The notes under the pieces were generated by a model that worked only from the letters and a program-made list of their open reading frames with translations, did not search any database and was not told the DNA's origin. A stretch of DNA of 63,905 nt, counting the filler, from Dimorphilus gyrociliatus (lineage: Eukaryota > Animalia > Annelida): the NCBI GenBank assembly GCA_904063045.1. It is 6 parts of 6 records of this genome, joined end to end, with 100 filler letters (N's around TTAATTAATTAA, not from the genome) between each part and the next. Parts side by side here need not be neighbours in the genome. Positions count along the whole stretch, not along the records: positions 9,960 to 30,828 come from CAJFCJ010000189.1; 5 more parts are not named here. The stretch is one strand, 5' to 3'. Below are positions 13,262 through 26,309 of the stretch, one piece after another (within the stretch, counting starts at the first letter, position 1; each line of letters starts with the position of its first letter). Position numbers and translations under genes: made by a program.

Positions 13262-14132
13262 ACAGACTAAAGATGAAGCGGATGGTTAGAGAACGGGACG
13301 GTCCACTGTTAAATTCTTACGGTTCGTGAATCTTTTCTAAGATTGATAGTTGACAAATTGAAATGTTGAGAAACATAAAAGTAAGACTAATACATCTCTT
13401 ATTTTTAAATAATCGTTGTGTGTTTGTTTATTTTTATGAAGTACTGGCTGCATTAGTGTACACAAAATAGCAACCATGTATTGTATATTTGAACATATAC
13501 CATTTATTTAGCATTAGGACAAAAGCAATTAGTGAAATTACTAGACATGATGAATATAAAATGGATAGCTTTCAAATTGAATAAAATATATTTCTTTTCT
13601 GTAGAACCTTTTTTGTGAAATTACCAAAAGTAAAAATATCTTTTTGCCTCAATTCATCACTTCCATTAACAATGCATTCTGATGTTACAACATAGAGTTT
13701 TTCACTTTTGCCTCTCTGCAATGTATACATTATATAAACCATATACTAGTTTTGCTCCTAGTGCTTCAGTAGCAGTAGTTGAAAACAAAAATTTAGTGTT
13801 TATACCAATAGAAATATATATTTAAAGTCGAGCAATCCGTTATAAGACAAGTTGGCTTTATGCGAAGAGACAAACGCTGCACAAATATCTTTTATTAGTT
13901 TGTAAATATTCATAAACTGATAGAAGGGTTTGAGGCCTTTTACTCTTTCAACCGGAAGTAGTAAATTAATTTGACGTAGAAGACGTTCATTCGTTTTAAT
14001 GAATGTTATATCTGAAAGAGTTTTTAAAAAAAGAATATTATATTAATAGAAGAGAAAAGAATAAATGAATGAAAAATGATTAAATAAGGAAACATTTATT
14101 AGTGTTCGATAGAAGGATACTGTTTGTTTTAT

Positions 14133-14376
14133 TTAGTCTGGAAGGGAACGAGTGATGATATAAAAAATAAAAAAATAATTGTGTTTTTTATACATTCTCT
14201 TGGCTTTTTCCTTCTGTAACGATAAATAATATGCGGTTGCATCTCTAAAAGTATATAATAGAGGATTAATGACCGCGTTTAATGGGAGGAAGATGATAAT
14301 CAGTGTTACGTATAGTTCTTTTTTAATAACTAATTTAAATAGAATTGCATAGACTCCTGTAAGTAGAGAGAGATGA

Positions 14377-14421
<45 letters not shown>

Positions 14422-17400
14422 GACACTGTATACTAATGAAAAGGATACGACAGAAAATGTGGATGAATTTAAAGTTTTACTCTAACTCTAACCCTAACCC
14501 AGCCGGATGCGACAGAAAAGTGCCCCAAAAGCATGGTTTTACCCTAACCCTAAACCATCCCTAATGTATCCCTAACCCTTTTTCATTACTCCTAACCCTT
14601 AGATGGGACCCCCTTAATTACAAATCAATAAATGCTTTTTTCCTCCTAACCATTTCTTAACCCAAAATGCTGCCTTCAAATATCCTTCTTGGGGCCGTTT
14701 TCTGTTGATCCCAACCCAGCCCTAGCTCTTAGCTGTTGCATTTTACTGATTTAACTATCCTAACAACAAAACAATAGATTGATTTACATTTCCAAACCCA
14801 ATTTCAACCTAAACTTTAACACCAAACTTTTTCTGTCGACCACTAAATAAAAAGTGGGAAGAGTAGAAAAAACCTAAAATTGAAATTGGGAACCAACAGA
14901 ATACATTCGTAATGACAATTAAAAATGCATTGATCTTAAATTTCTTTTGCTGATCCTCAAATGCATCCTTATTATTTATTATATCTTTAGTTGTCAATGT
15001 TTCATGCCATATTCGTATATATAGAACAAATATTATTAAACATAGAAGGGACATTAATATTCCAAAAATGAAAAATGAAAATAACCATCCGTCCAGTTTC
15101 TCACTAGATATCTGTAGTGTGAAGCATACTGGACTACTTGAATAATATTTCTAAGTAGGTCATAGTTGTTTCATTAGTAGTTGATTGAAAATACTTCAAT
15201 ATGCCTATATATACTCTATAGATAAGCATTGGGAGGGCCGATAAAAATCCAGAACTTGCCAAGGCAACAAACGCTAGAATTCTTGTTCTTGTTCTTGTGA
15301 AAATCTTCTTGAATGGAAAAGCAATCATTAAATATCTTTCAATTGTTATCAATAGTAGACTTTGAGCAGACAATAAAATTGACAAACTACAAAACCATCC
15401 AATAAATTTGCAGAAATTGCTGTTTCTCCATTTGTAATCATTTTCAATATAACGCCCTCTATAGTGAATATCAACACCACCAATAATTGCGAAATAGATT
15501 GATGTGGATAGATCGGCAAATGAAAGACTTAAGTGAAATAGACTTTTTCTATTACGTTTCGAAATTATCCCTCTAAATATTAGCGATGTAAAATTTTCAA
15601 TAAAAGCAATTAAGGAGAGAATCCAAAGCGTCAAACGCAAAGATTTTGATCCTAAAAGATCGGCGCATGAATTAAACAACGAGGTTATTGGAGAACACTT
15701 TTGTATATTCTTGTTGTATTGCCAAGAGAAGCAGCAGAATGAGAAATAGTTGCTGTATAAAGTTTGTAGAGATTCTAGAGGTTTTATAAGGCTACTTTTG
15801 TGAAATAACGAAACGTATGTGTTCGTTAATAATAAGTGTTTTAGAGAAGATAGCGATTGAAAAGCATTTTCATGAATATCTTTGATAAAAGATTGTTGAA
15901 TTGTTAAATTTCTCAATTTTTTCAAATTGTCCAACAACTTTTCATTGAAATAATAGATTGTTGTTAAAGTGAAATTGATTGATAGTATATTTATTGATTG
16001 TTTTAATGTAGTATGAACATTCATTGTTAAAATAGCATTCTTAACAGTTAAAAACTGTAGAATAATTAATGAATGAGTAAAGATTTGTGATAAATTCACA
16101 AATTTACAATCCATTAAAGATAAATGTATCAGATTTGGGAATAGTTTCGATATTGGTATATTTATATTTGTCCAATTGTGAAATGATAATACGGTTGTTG
16201 AATAATCAATGCTGCTGCTGCTATTAAATAAAAATAGTTTCAAATTTTCTATACGGTTGAAAATTTCAACTTTTTTTAAGTTTAAAGTTAAAATTTCAGT
16301 AAATACAAATTCCAGATTTTTATTACTCAAACCATTCAATTTACATTGAATGGAATAAAACTCTGGACAACGACAAAAGTGTGGACAAGTTGAGTTAGAA
16401 CTGCAATATAATTCATCACTTCCTTTTAGACAATCAACAATGCCATTGCAAATTTTGTCTATAGAAATAAATGTACTCTCTTCTCTACACTTTAAATAAC
16501 CTTTTGGTCTAAATTTATCTGCACATTACGCAATAAAAGTTGTAGATGAGAAACAATAACATTGATCAATATCAATTCAAATAGTTGATTTATGTTAACC
16601 AACCGCAATCGATTTCATCGTCGTGATGAACGCAATGTACTATTCCATCGCAAACCTGTTTTATTGATATACAATATCTACTCTCCACGCACAAATATTC
16701 TCCAATTGGACAATGAGTTATAGAGCAATTCTCCAGAGCATAGAATGGAAAATGAACTTTTGTTAAAAGTTTTCCCATTGAATTATAAACAACTCGACAT
16801 TTATGAATTTTCGTACTTGATAAAATTGAACAGCTTCGTAAATCGAATCTGTCAAAATTTGAACATTGATTTGGATTCTCGTCGTTTTCATCGAAGCAAT
16901 TCACTTGCAGATCGCATTGTTTAGTTTGTAATTCGCATTTGCCGTCACAATTAAATTTATTATATTTTTTACAATCTGTTTCAAATCACAGTGAAAATTT
17001 TTTGCTCTTCAGATTCATTGAGTAAATAGGATATTTACCTATTTTTGAATTATCAAAATTACATTTTTCATCACTACCATCAAAGCAATTTTTTTCATCA
17101 TTACAAAAATACTGACTACCAATACATTGATAATTGTCACATCTTAGTCTGATCGAATATGTAAAAGGTTACACTTAATTTTACTTGATTAAAGTATTAA
17201 TTGAATTTTTATAAATGTTTTTTTTTTATACCTGTTTTCTAATTTACAAGGTGAAAATTCTAGAGTTCAGTTGTGATTGATTGGTTCGTTTGTTTGATTG
17301 TTTGTTTGTTAATTTTTAAATACTTTAGTGAGTAATATGAAAAATGATAAAACAATACTCCTCACCACAGAACAACTCGTCATATTTATTTGGACAATCA

Positions 17401-17702
17401 TAGACGTAATCGCAAACAAATTGACTATTTATCGTTGTTTTAAAATCACAATAGAATAGAGTGTTTGGTGTACAATCTCGTTCATCTTCGCCCGAATAAC
17501 AGTCGTTATGGCCATCACACTTATTTATTAAATTAATGCATAAGTTATCAATAGTACAATGGAAGAAATTTTTGGGACAATTTAAAACATTCCTAATTTC
17601 TAAGGCTTTTGACAGTGAAATTTTATAGCTATCTAATATTTTTTGGAAAGAATATATACATATATATTTTAATAGTTTGATAAGTAAAGGGTATCGTTGC
17701 AA
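14133..17702 (-). CDS. GRL101-like receptor core: about 6 LDLa repeats + LRRNT + LRRs + hinge + 7TM, multi-exon
   Basis: LDLa modules such as CDGHNDCYSGEDERDC, CNDEKNCFDGSDEKC, CDGIVHCVHHDDEIDC and CNGIVDCLKGSDELYC; CPHFCRC; hinge FCCF..CSP..FNSCADLL; SFADL, ITIERY, CWFP, FLPLNAVINPLLY. Short GT-AG introns, e.g. 15151-15214 (64 bp). Confidence 0.9.
14381..14417. repeat. (AT)n microsatellite
   Basis: About 18 AT units. Confidence 0.95.
14443..14843 (+). mobile_element. Older MULE-type MITE copy (outer), hosting a nested younger copy
   Basis: Starts ggatacgacagaaaa, ends ttttctgtcgaccac; flanks taatgaaaa / taaataaaa (7/9); lies in a GPCR intron. Confidence 0.75.
14505..14712 (+). mobile_element. 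MULE-type MITE (208 bp), inner nested copy
   Basis: ggatgcgacagaaaa...gttttctgttgatccc; perfect 9-bp TSD aacccagcc at 14496-14504 and 14713-14721. Confidence 0.92.
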
Positions 17703-17729
17703 ATGCCAGTAATTTTCAAATTTTTTACC

Positions 17730-20502
17730 TTATAAATGCCCATCCCTCAGTTCATCCCCTCCCAAAAAATGGGCATTTGTCAACAACTGTATAATGGCTA
17801 AGTTTTGAAATTTACATGGAACTCTACAAATATTTGTTGATGTTAATTTCTTTTCGCAATGAAATGAAAGTGTTTTGTATTCCAATCCAGAAATACCACT
17901 TGTTTCCATATAATAACATTTCAAATTGGATTTCTGGTGGAAAAATTCTTCAAAGGGAATATTTGAAAATATTTTCATACAGCCATTAAGGTATCTATAG
18001 AAATAACGGTTTATCTAATTATTCTACAGTCTATTTATTAGGACGATGGAGAAATATCTTTTTTATTATCTTACTTTGAGCGGAATTTGAAGGAAAAACC
18101 ATAAAAATCTTGCAGTTTTCCATCATCATAAACAAGATGTTTTTCTCCTCTAACATCTCTCGTAATTTTAAATTCTGAAAGAATAAGTTATTCAAATGGC
18201 AAATGATGATAAGGTCGGACAGGAGTAACAATAAATTCTTGTCTTACTTCCGGGTATGGATTTTCTAGAGTTAAAATTGTCTAATTTGCGTCCTTCTGCC
18301 AAAAATGCAAAAAATCTGAAATCTCTGTTCGAAAGGTGCGACAATGTATAGTTTCTTAGGTGACATTCCTCTACTGCTTTATTTATTGAAATTGGTTGTT
18401 TGTAATCGATTAAAACATAACAGCCGTCATTGATGGAGAAGGCTTGTGGATCAGTACATAAGATATCTGGAAATATTTCCCTTGTTACTAATTGTAAATT
18501 GAATAAAGTATATATTTTGAAAAGTTTTTGACCATTGTTATTATCGCATCCCAATATATGCGATTGAAAAAGACTGAACATAGCAATTCTATTGAGAATA
18601 AAGAAGAACGGTGAACAGGTGAAAGTATTAGTATAATATACTTTATATGTATAAATAAACAAACTGCTTTGGATGTTTTTCAAATGAAATGTTGCACCAT
18701 GAGATATTATTCGGATTAGGACAATTTATTGTAAATGCAAACTCTCTATTCACTTGAATTCTCTGTTTAAGTAGACCTCTGAATTTACCATTTTTAAAGC
18801 CAAATAATTTACAAATGGAAGATGTTTCGTAACTTTTAAGATATTTTGGTTTTGGACTAAACCAAGAGTGGTTGTAATACATCAGTAATATTCCTTTAAA
18901 ACTATTATAATTTTGACTACTACTCATTGGTAGCAAATAGTTAGTTGCATTTCTAAACAACGTAAGTGTATAATCTAAACAATGTGTTAAGTTGTTGTTT
19001 TAATAGGAGAATTATGCATTGTTCTCTTTTTTCAAAGTTTCGCAAACCTTTTAAATCATCTTTTTCACCGCAATATGCGGCGAAAGTAAAACCCATTGCG
19101 AATGTATCTTTCTGTTTACAACCACTAAACCCGTCTTTGTCATTCCATTCGCAGTTATATAAGACGGGTATGTTAAAATTTTCAAAGTAATAACTCAATT
19201 GTGGACAAGTTTCAGTAAAGAAAGAGTGTTTTGCGAACGATTTTATAAGTTTAATCGATGCAGGTAAGTAAAATTTTCTCCCTATCTTACACATAACTTT
19301 GCCAACATCGGGTTTTGCAACCATACCTTCAACAACGACAGGAGTGTAGCCATAGGTTTTTGATAAAAACATATATGATACTAAGTTTATTAATTTTTTC
19401 TGAAATATTAATAATTGGTGATATTCCGACATAGCTTCAACTGTAATATCTGTTAATATATTCAATTAAAAAAACACTTAGTTTTTAGACAATTCATTTT
19501 CCAACTATGTTAGTTTCTTTGTTTGATTACTTTTAGAATAGTTTGTCCTACCTTTCAGGTCATTTTTAGTGCAGCTTATTATCTCGAAAAGTGTCCAGTT
19601 GTTGTTGATTTGTCTTAAAGTTAATTCCATCGTTTTGTTATTGAAATCAACTGCAAATATTGTCCTTTCGTACTTTGCTGAATGAATATTTTTATAAAAT
19701 TCACTCTTTTCGCATACATTAATGGCTGTATTTTTCAGTTGAACTAATAGATATGATTTTCTATTGTATCTGACAAAAAGTTGATAAAATTGCATTTGAT
19801 AAGAGAGTACGGCGTATATATCTATTAGGGTTTAGATTTGATTGATCGACTTATTGATTAATTGATTGGTTGATTATTCTTAGATTTGGTTAGTGGTTCT
19901 TACATGGATATTGATGTTTAAAACATTTCAAGCAGAACGATGCCAATGGAACCTCCACGTCATTCAATTCTTTCCTGTATAAGGATGATAAAAGCATGAA
20001 GGTACCATGCAACGTTACAATATATTTTGCAAAATATTTCATACAAAACGTGCTTGTCTTTTTCAGAAACAACAATCAAAGATAAATGATCTAAAATTGA
20101 ACGTGTTATTTCTTTTTATTATTCTTAACAGATCGTTTATGCTTTTTTAGAAAATATATTTCTGCTACCATTTTGTGGATTACAAGATTCCGCTATGAAA
20201 TGTATGTTATCGTAGCCTAAAAGTTGGCACAGTGCAATATAATATTCTTTTTTCATAAAAGCACCAAAAGCAACATATCGTCTTTCTTGCGTTGAGTTTA
20301 CTATAACAAATATTTTTCCATAAATCGACACATTATTTTCGACTATTGGCTTCAGAGAATATTTAACGTTAGTTTGATCCAAGTTGTACGACAATATTTT
20401 CCCATCAAAAGTGCATATATTTGTGCAAATAAGAGATATTAAAGTAGAAAATACTGCAAATCTGTAAAGATTTTTCATCATTTTTATTCTCCAAAATGGC
20501 AA
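17730..20502 (-). CDS. Probable N-terminal exons of the same receptor: signal peptide, Cys-containing SRCR-like and C-type-lectin-like modules
   Basis: Collinear same-strand ORFs 20137-20502 (signal-like start; ALCQLLGY), 19505-19795, 18953-19465, 18643-18960 (ICKLFGF..C..C), 18192-18683 (DGCYVL...KAVEECHLRNYTLSHL) and 17730-17978. Joining them to the core is inferred. Confidence 0.5.
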
Positions 20503-20794
20503 ATGCAGTGTAATACAAATGTGTTCATACTCAATTATAACAATAGAATACTAATTAGACAAAAATACCATGTGAAAAACAGTATACCTACTTTGTAAAA
20601 CTATACCTAATTTTAGCAAACAAAAGTGTGAGCATTGCAGTACAATTTCATATATTGGCAATTCTTTTAATGGGAATACACGTTTTTTGGCCCAACGTGA
20701 ATAATAGTCCAAGTCAATTCAAGGTTGTTATTAAGGGGGAAAATTTGATTTGTCATACTGGGTCTCATATGAAAGAGATAAATGGGATAATTGT

Positions 20795-21001
20795 GGGGTC
20801 GACAGGAAACGTCCACAACTGAGAAATTTGAAGACTAGATTTTGGATTGAGAAATGGTTAGGAAGAAGAAGACAGCAACTGATACGTACTTAGGAGGGTC
20901 TCCTCTAAGGGTTAGGGATCATAGAAAAGGTTAGGTACAGCCAGGGGCTGGGTTAGGGTTAGGGTAAAAACACTCATTTGTGGACGTTTTCTGTCGCATC
21001 C
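20795..21001 (-). mobile_element. MULE-type MITE (207 bp)
   Basis: ggggtcgacaggaaacgtccac...gtggacgttttctgtcgcatcc; perfect 9-bp TSD gataattgt; internal gggttagggttaggg. Confidence 0.95.
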
Positions 21002-22225
21002 GATAATTGTTTATCTACCTTTAGATCATCAAATAAATTCCTCCTTTAATGGAAATTTTATTGGGTGTCACCTCATTCTTACTTCTTCAGTTGAATGCCA
21101 GTATAATTGTAGTTGTGGAGATGACTTCTCAGGTTAAGAAGTTAAGAGATGTGGAGGTTCAAATATTCTTAAATGATTCAATTTTTACCATTTTGCAATA
21201 TCTTAGTCATCAAAAAATAAGTTATAGGCAAATTGTAGTTTATAATAAGAAGATTGTGAGGAAAATGAGATAATTCTGATTCAACATCAGAATTTCATGC
21301 TTATAAATAAGGTTAGGGTTGGGAGTAGCACTGATTAAATTCCAAGTTTGGGGTATTAGAATTGTAATTTCTCTTAGGAATGCTCTATTATTTATTGCCA
21401 AGAATAAAGCTTTGGAAGATTCTTCAAAATAATCTCCTTGCTAACAAACAATTGAATTATTCCATAAATATTTCTTGAATTTTCACAAAGTATGGGATCA
21501 TTAAAAATTACAAAAATCTAAACTTTCTAATTAGGAAGTCAAAATAATATTAAAGTCACATGGTTTACCTTGAAAAATCAATTATTACAATTAGACTAAT
21601 TTCAATATAGAATTTTAGACTAGAAAATAATTTACTACATTTATAGAAAATGTTCTGCAAATGATTTCCTAATGTTTTTAATTATTGACATTAGTCAATA
21701 TAGTAAAAGTATAAATTCATATTTTACAAATATTTATCTTCTAATGAAGATAAGAGAATAGCTTGTTGTCACTAGTTTAACAAATCCTATTTCTTTTGTG
21801 TTCTGTTCATGATTATGATTCAGTCTAAAACGGTAAAAACATTAAATAGTTTGTAATCTATAGATAAGTAAAACTTGAAAATTTCTCTAGATATCCACTA
21901 ATCGTATTTCACAGTTTGGTTGAACAACTCTTCATAAAACTCTGTGTTCTTAAATCTTAATTAATTTAATTAGTTTTCTAGACATCATTATTAATTCTTT
22001 CTCTTAGATTTGTCCCCTTCCATATCAATTATTTTCGAATACTTTAATATGCACACAACAAAAGAAGTGATCAGATATGGAGAATGCATATCTCAAACAC
22101 AACACACCTTTAGAAGATGAAGAAAAAAATGGACATGCAAAAATACTCTGGAAAGAAAACTTTTATATTCTATTGTGCACTTACATATAGTGATATATCA
22201 ATACTTAGACTATAGATATAAGAGT

Positions 22226-22391
22226 ACATTAGAAAGACTTATATTTTATAGGAATTAGACTGGTGCAACTATAGAAATACCTATATTTCGTAGGAATTAT
22301 AGTGGTGGAACTTTAGAAAGACTTTTATTTCATAGTGTTAGCTTTTAGTACTTTAAAAAGAACTCTATTTCGTAAGAAATAGACTCTTTGA
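22226..22391. repeat. About 42-bp degenerate minisatellite, 4 copies
   Basis: act(t/a)tagaaagact..tattt(c/t)(g/a)taggaatta.. recurs at about 42-bp spacing. Confidence 0.7.
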
Positions 22392-22674
22392 CTGTAACAG
22401 ATGGTGGCTACTTGGGAATTAACAAAGGAAAAAGAACATGGAAAAGATACAGGTAAAACACCAGATGCTGATGAGGCAGGCCTGTTTGCTGTGACACATG
22501 TTTGGCATGTGGCCCTAATCTTAGGATTATATTTTATATGTGTGATATAACAAGTCTTTCATATTTTTGTTACATGAGAATTATGAGACCGTCAGATTTC
22601 AACTTTGTAATCCTTTGACCACTTGAACCCAAGCTTTGAAAATGTATAAAAGGAAATGCATTTCCCCAGCCTGT

Positions 22675-22940
22675 CAGTTCAGTTCTTTAACCATTAACTG
22701 GTTGTTTAAACTTACTTGTTTAGAACTAGAAACTCATTCACTCAATACATATTCTTTGGACGAAATACTGGTGTTTTGTTGAATTATTTCTACCGAAATT
22801 ACATTTGTTAAGACTATTTGTAGACGAACTTGAAAGGTTCTATTTGTGTGAGTACTTTGGTGAGTTGATAAATGATTGGAAAAGACGAATACTGTTCTGA
22901 AGAAGCAGAAATTCCTACAATTACAAAACAACAAAGTACA
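22675..22940 (+). repeat. Dispersed repeat family copy (shared with 47146-47506 and 61074-61317)
   Basis: cttgtttagaactagaa(a/g)ctcatt..ctcaatacatattctttggacgaaatactggtgttttg...agaaattcctacaattacaa..caacaaagtaca. Confidence 0.9.
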
Positions 22941-23728
22941 TCTATTTAAAGAATGGCTGCAAACTTCAAACTGCAGGAAAATGACTGACAAAATTGTAAT
23001 ACAAGAAGACACTATCTGAACATCAACAGTTCCTTTAAGTTTTATCTTATATTCAACACTTATCATAATGATCAACATTAATTTTACATCCGACTGAAAG
23101 TACTCAAAAAGTCAAGATTCACTCTTGTTAACTTTTCAACCACTTCCAACTTCTCACACTGAACGTTTGAAATTAAAGTTGCGAAAAGAAGAAGCCCACC
23201 CCCTAAATAAATTCAACTGCATTTCCACAGGAAGAATGAAATGTATTGACGAGAACACAATTCCTACAACAAAACACAGACTAAATCATTTTTGTACTCT
23301 TTTCTTAGAGAGAAAATTAAACTATAGGCCTTTAGAAATAACTTTTTCATAACAGGACGCCCTGATTTCATCAACCCTGATTTTTTGTTTGCAATATGAT
23401 TTCTATAACTGAAAGTTTTCCAAAAAGTAGACATTTCAACGTTTGATTTGAGATTTAAAATAAAATAAGTCAGATTATAATTGTCGTTAAAAACATGCAT
23501 ACCTGCAATTTAAGAATAAAATACACTATAAAATTTTCATTATTTTCACATTTGCTAAGGTTTTTTATCATTAAATGGAATAGTAACAATTGACATTCAT
23601 CTATAATGCACAGTTTTCTAATGAATAACTTATGTTGTTTTTCTTCATGGACATTCGAGAGGGAAAATCTGCAGTTCCAACTTTTTCATTCTCCCTAACA
23701 AAGCCCTAGACCCATCTAAGCACAAAAT

Positions 23729-23934
23729 GGGGTCGACAGAAAACATCTATTCCTGGGAAACTTTGAGGCTAAAGTTTACCTTTAAATTGGGTTTGGGAAT
23801 ATAAATGAACTGTTGTTTTGATGTTAGATGGGTCTGAACTAAGGTTAGGGAAAGTAAAGTGAAGTAGGTAAGGGCCAGGGCTCGGTTAGGATTAGGGTAA
23901 AACTCAAGACTCAGGGACGTTTTCTCTCGCATCC
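23729..23934 (-). mobile_element. MULE-type MITE (206 bp), diverged interior
   Basis: ggggtcgacagaaaac...gggacgttttctctcgcatcc; TSD gcacaaaat / gcacaaatt (8/9). Confidence 0.9.
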
Positions 23935-24033
23935 GCACAAATTCGCTTGCTATTTAACTAGAGTTTAAACCACTCTGAAGCCACTATCTCGCCCAAGAAT
24001 ATGTTCAAAGCAGGCATCTTTTCAAAACACTTT

Positions 24034-24993
24034 TTATGTTACTCTAGATTTCAAAATACAAAAATTCACCAAACCCAAATTTTTACAAGTCAATCTTTTT
24101 AAGAAACTGGTATAGAGTTTCCAAGTCTGAGATCTTACCGAAGATTTCGTATAGCCATGAATGAGGGGATTTATTGTTGAATTTGAAAGAATTATTGCTG
24201 CAAATGAATCAAGAAGTAATTCGAATCCTGCTTGAGAGAAAGAATAGTTTTCTTTAAAACTTTTATAAGTGAAAATAGTGACAAAAGATGGTATCAACCA
24301 CAGTAAAGAGTTAAAGATTACTAAAGAGGTTAGAGTTCGAATGCTTCTTCCTTTAGATCCTAAACTGACAACATTTGACACTTCAGAAATTGCTTTTCTG
24401 TGTTTTCTTATGGCTTTTAGTATGGGAATATATAAGAGCAAACAGGCTAATGCATTTGGCAAAATAGTACAAAATAGCCAAACATACATGTATGCAAATG
24501 GAAATATGTTGGTAATTTCACATAGGAAAGTAGTGTTTTGTATTAAAAAAGTATCATCTTTATGCCAGCCCATAATTGGAAGTGAGCCAATAATCAAACT
24601 AATAAACCATATGCAAAATAGTAGGGTAAATGCTCGTTTCATAGTCCAAATTTTGTAAAAACTTAAAGGTTTTACAACTGCCATAAATTTTTCAAATGTA
24701 ATTAGTGTCAAGGTGAAGGATGATATTGAAATGATGATAAATATAGATTGATTTAAAATTATACAAGGATAAAAATCTATATGTTTTCTATCATGAAGAA
24801 AGAAACAAAAGAGGTTTATTGAATATAATATATCAGTAAATGTTAAAGTTGTCACACCAAAATTTTGTAATTTCCATATACTGCTATTCAAACAACCAAT
24901 TAAGATTAAATTACAATTCAAGCAAAATCCAACAACTTGATTACAGCATGAAGCAAATAATATAAACTTTCTAATATGCTCCATATTTTTCAT
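24034..24993 (-). CDS. Single-exon class A (rhodopsin-like) GPCR, orphan
   Basis: Seven hydrophobic segments; GN-like CLN in TM1, LTFTD in TM2, LITFEKFMAVVKPL (DRY variant), W..SLIIGSLPIMGW, LWLIP, NSTINPLIHG. Confidence 0.9.
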   Translation of the reverse strand: MKNMEHIRKFILFASCCNQVVGFCLNCNLILIGCLNSSIWKLQNFGVTTLTFTDILYSINLFCFFLHDRKHIDFYPCIILNQSIFIIISISSFTLTLITFEKFMAVVKPLSFYKIWTMKRAFTLLFCIWFISLIIGSLPIMGWHKDDTFLIQNTTFLCEITNIFPFAYMYVWLFCTILPNALACLLLYIPILKAIRKHRKAISEVSNVVSLGSKGRSIRTLTSLVIFNSLLWLIPSFVTIFTYKSFKENYSFSQAGFELLLDSFAAIILSNSTINPLIHGYTKSSVRSQTWKLYTSFLKRLTCKNLGLVNFCILKSRVT

Positions 24994-26309
24994 AAACACT
25001 TTTCCATTGAAGCCAGATATCTTATATATGTATAATACTTTGATGAGTCACATCATCACTTATCAGTGAATGAAGCTAATTTGTAGACGAGTCCTATAGG
25101 TTATTTATGAATTTTGCTGAAAGCATTCTATTAAAGATAAAAAAAACAATAAAAGATATTTCTAAAGCAATTTGTAGAATAGAAATGAAAAATAGTTATA
25201 CTTTCACTTAATGAAAGAGATTTAAAAAAGGGTTTTCTTTGGACAGATCAAAGAAACCCTTAGATTGGGTAAACATGGCAATATTCAATGTTGAATTGAT
25301 AGATTATATAAACAACTTTAACAAAATATATGTTGACAAGAAAGTATTATACCATCGTTTTCTAATCAGGAATCTTAACTTCATTTCGGATAAAATAATT
25401 TTCATTCGCCATGCTTGATAATGTTTAGTGGCCTGACCTACATAAAACCTTACCACTACAAAAAAGCTACAAAAAAACCATTTTAAAATTAACTTGTTCA
25501 AAATCTTGTTCTTTTTATCATGGATCTCAGAGTTCAACAATTGAAATAGGAGATCACGGCCTTTGACCTACTGTAGAGCATTTCTGCCCAGGATATTTCA
25601 GCTTACTTTAAGACTTTTGGTCCAGTTCTTTAAAGATATTTAGACAACTTTTTGAAAAGAGTGAAGATAATGAAGATTCATGGGAATTTCATATCATTAG
25701 AGGATCATTATCCACAAAGGAAAAGATATTTTGACAAAAAATGATTTTACATTCAGTTTAGAATTATCAGGAATTGGAGATCTTTTTTGAAATGTAAATT
25801 TGAGCTTCAATTCCAATACCCAAAAAGTTTTTATTCAAATTGCCCTGGGATACTCTTGCTACAGTAACTTGATATCAATATATCTAAATATATAAGTATT
25901 CTAGCTCATTTATTAAGGGTATTCACTGTTTTGCAGTTGCTTTCTTAAAAGACCATTGATTTCTTGATATATACGATCTGCTAGTGATGAGAAAACTCAT
26001 TCTCTTCTTCTGAAATCTACTCTGATAACACTTTATGTATGACAGTATTATGGTTTTTTTGTTGGAAGTTTTAACTTGAAAAACTAAAAATAAACTCTGT
26101 CAATAGCTTAATCAATGACTTTGGAATGAATATTTTAAAGAGCATATTGACATACTGGATCTAAGCAAAGAGAAAACATGCTAAAATCGCTTAAACAATT
26201 AGAAATTAATGAAAAATTCATATTTATATGGAACAAACCATTTCTTCTCCATTAAGACATCAAATAAGAATCGTATACTGATCATACTCGATGACAATCA
26301 CCTATAGAA

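Noticed and set aside
14373-14564. ORFs running through the (AT)n tract and MITEs (also 23747-23938, 20628-20822, 59211-59486)
   Set aside because: Artefacts of microsatellite or repeat sequence, or out-of-frame readings of pseudogene DNA
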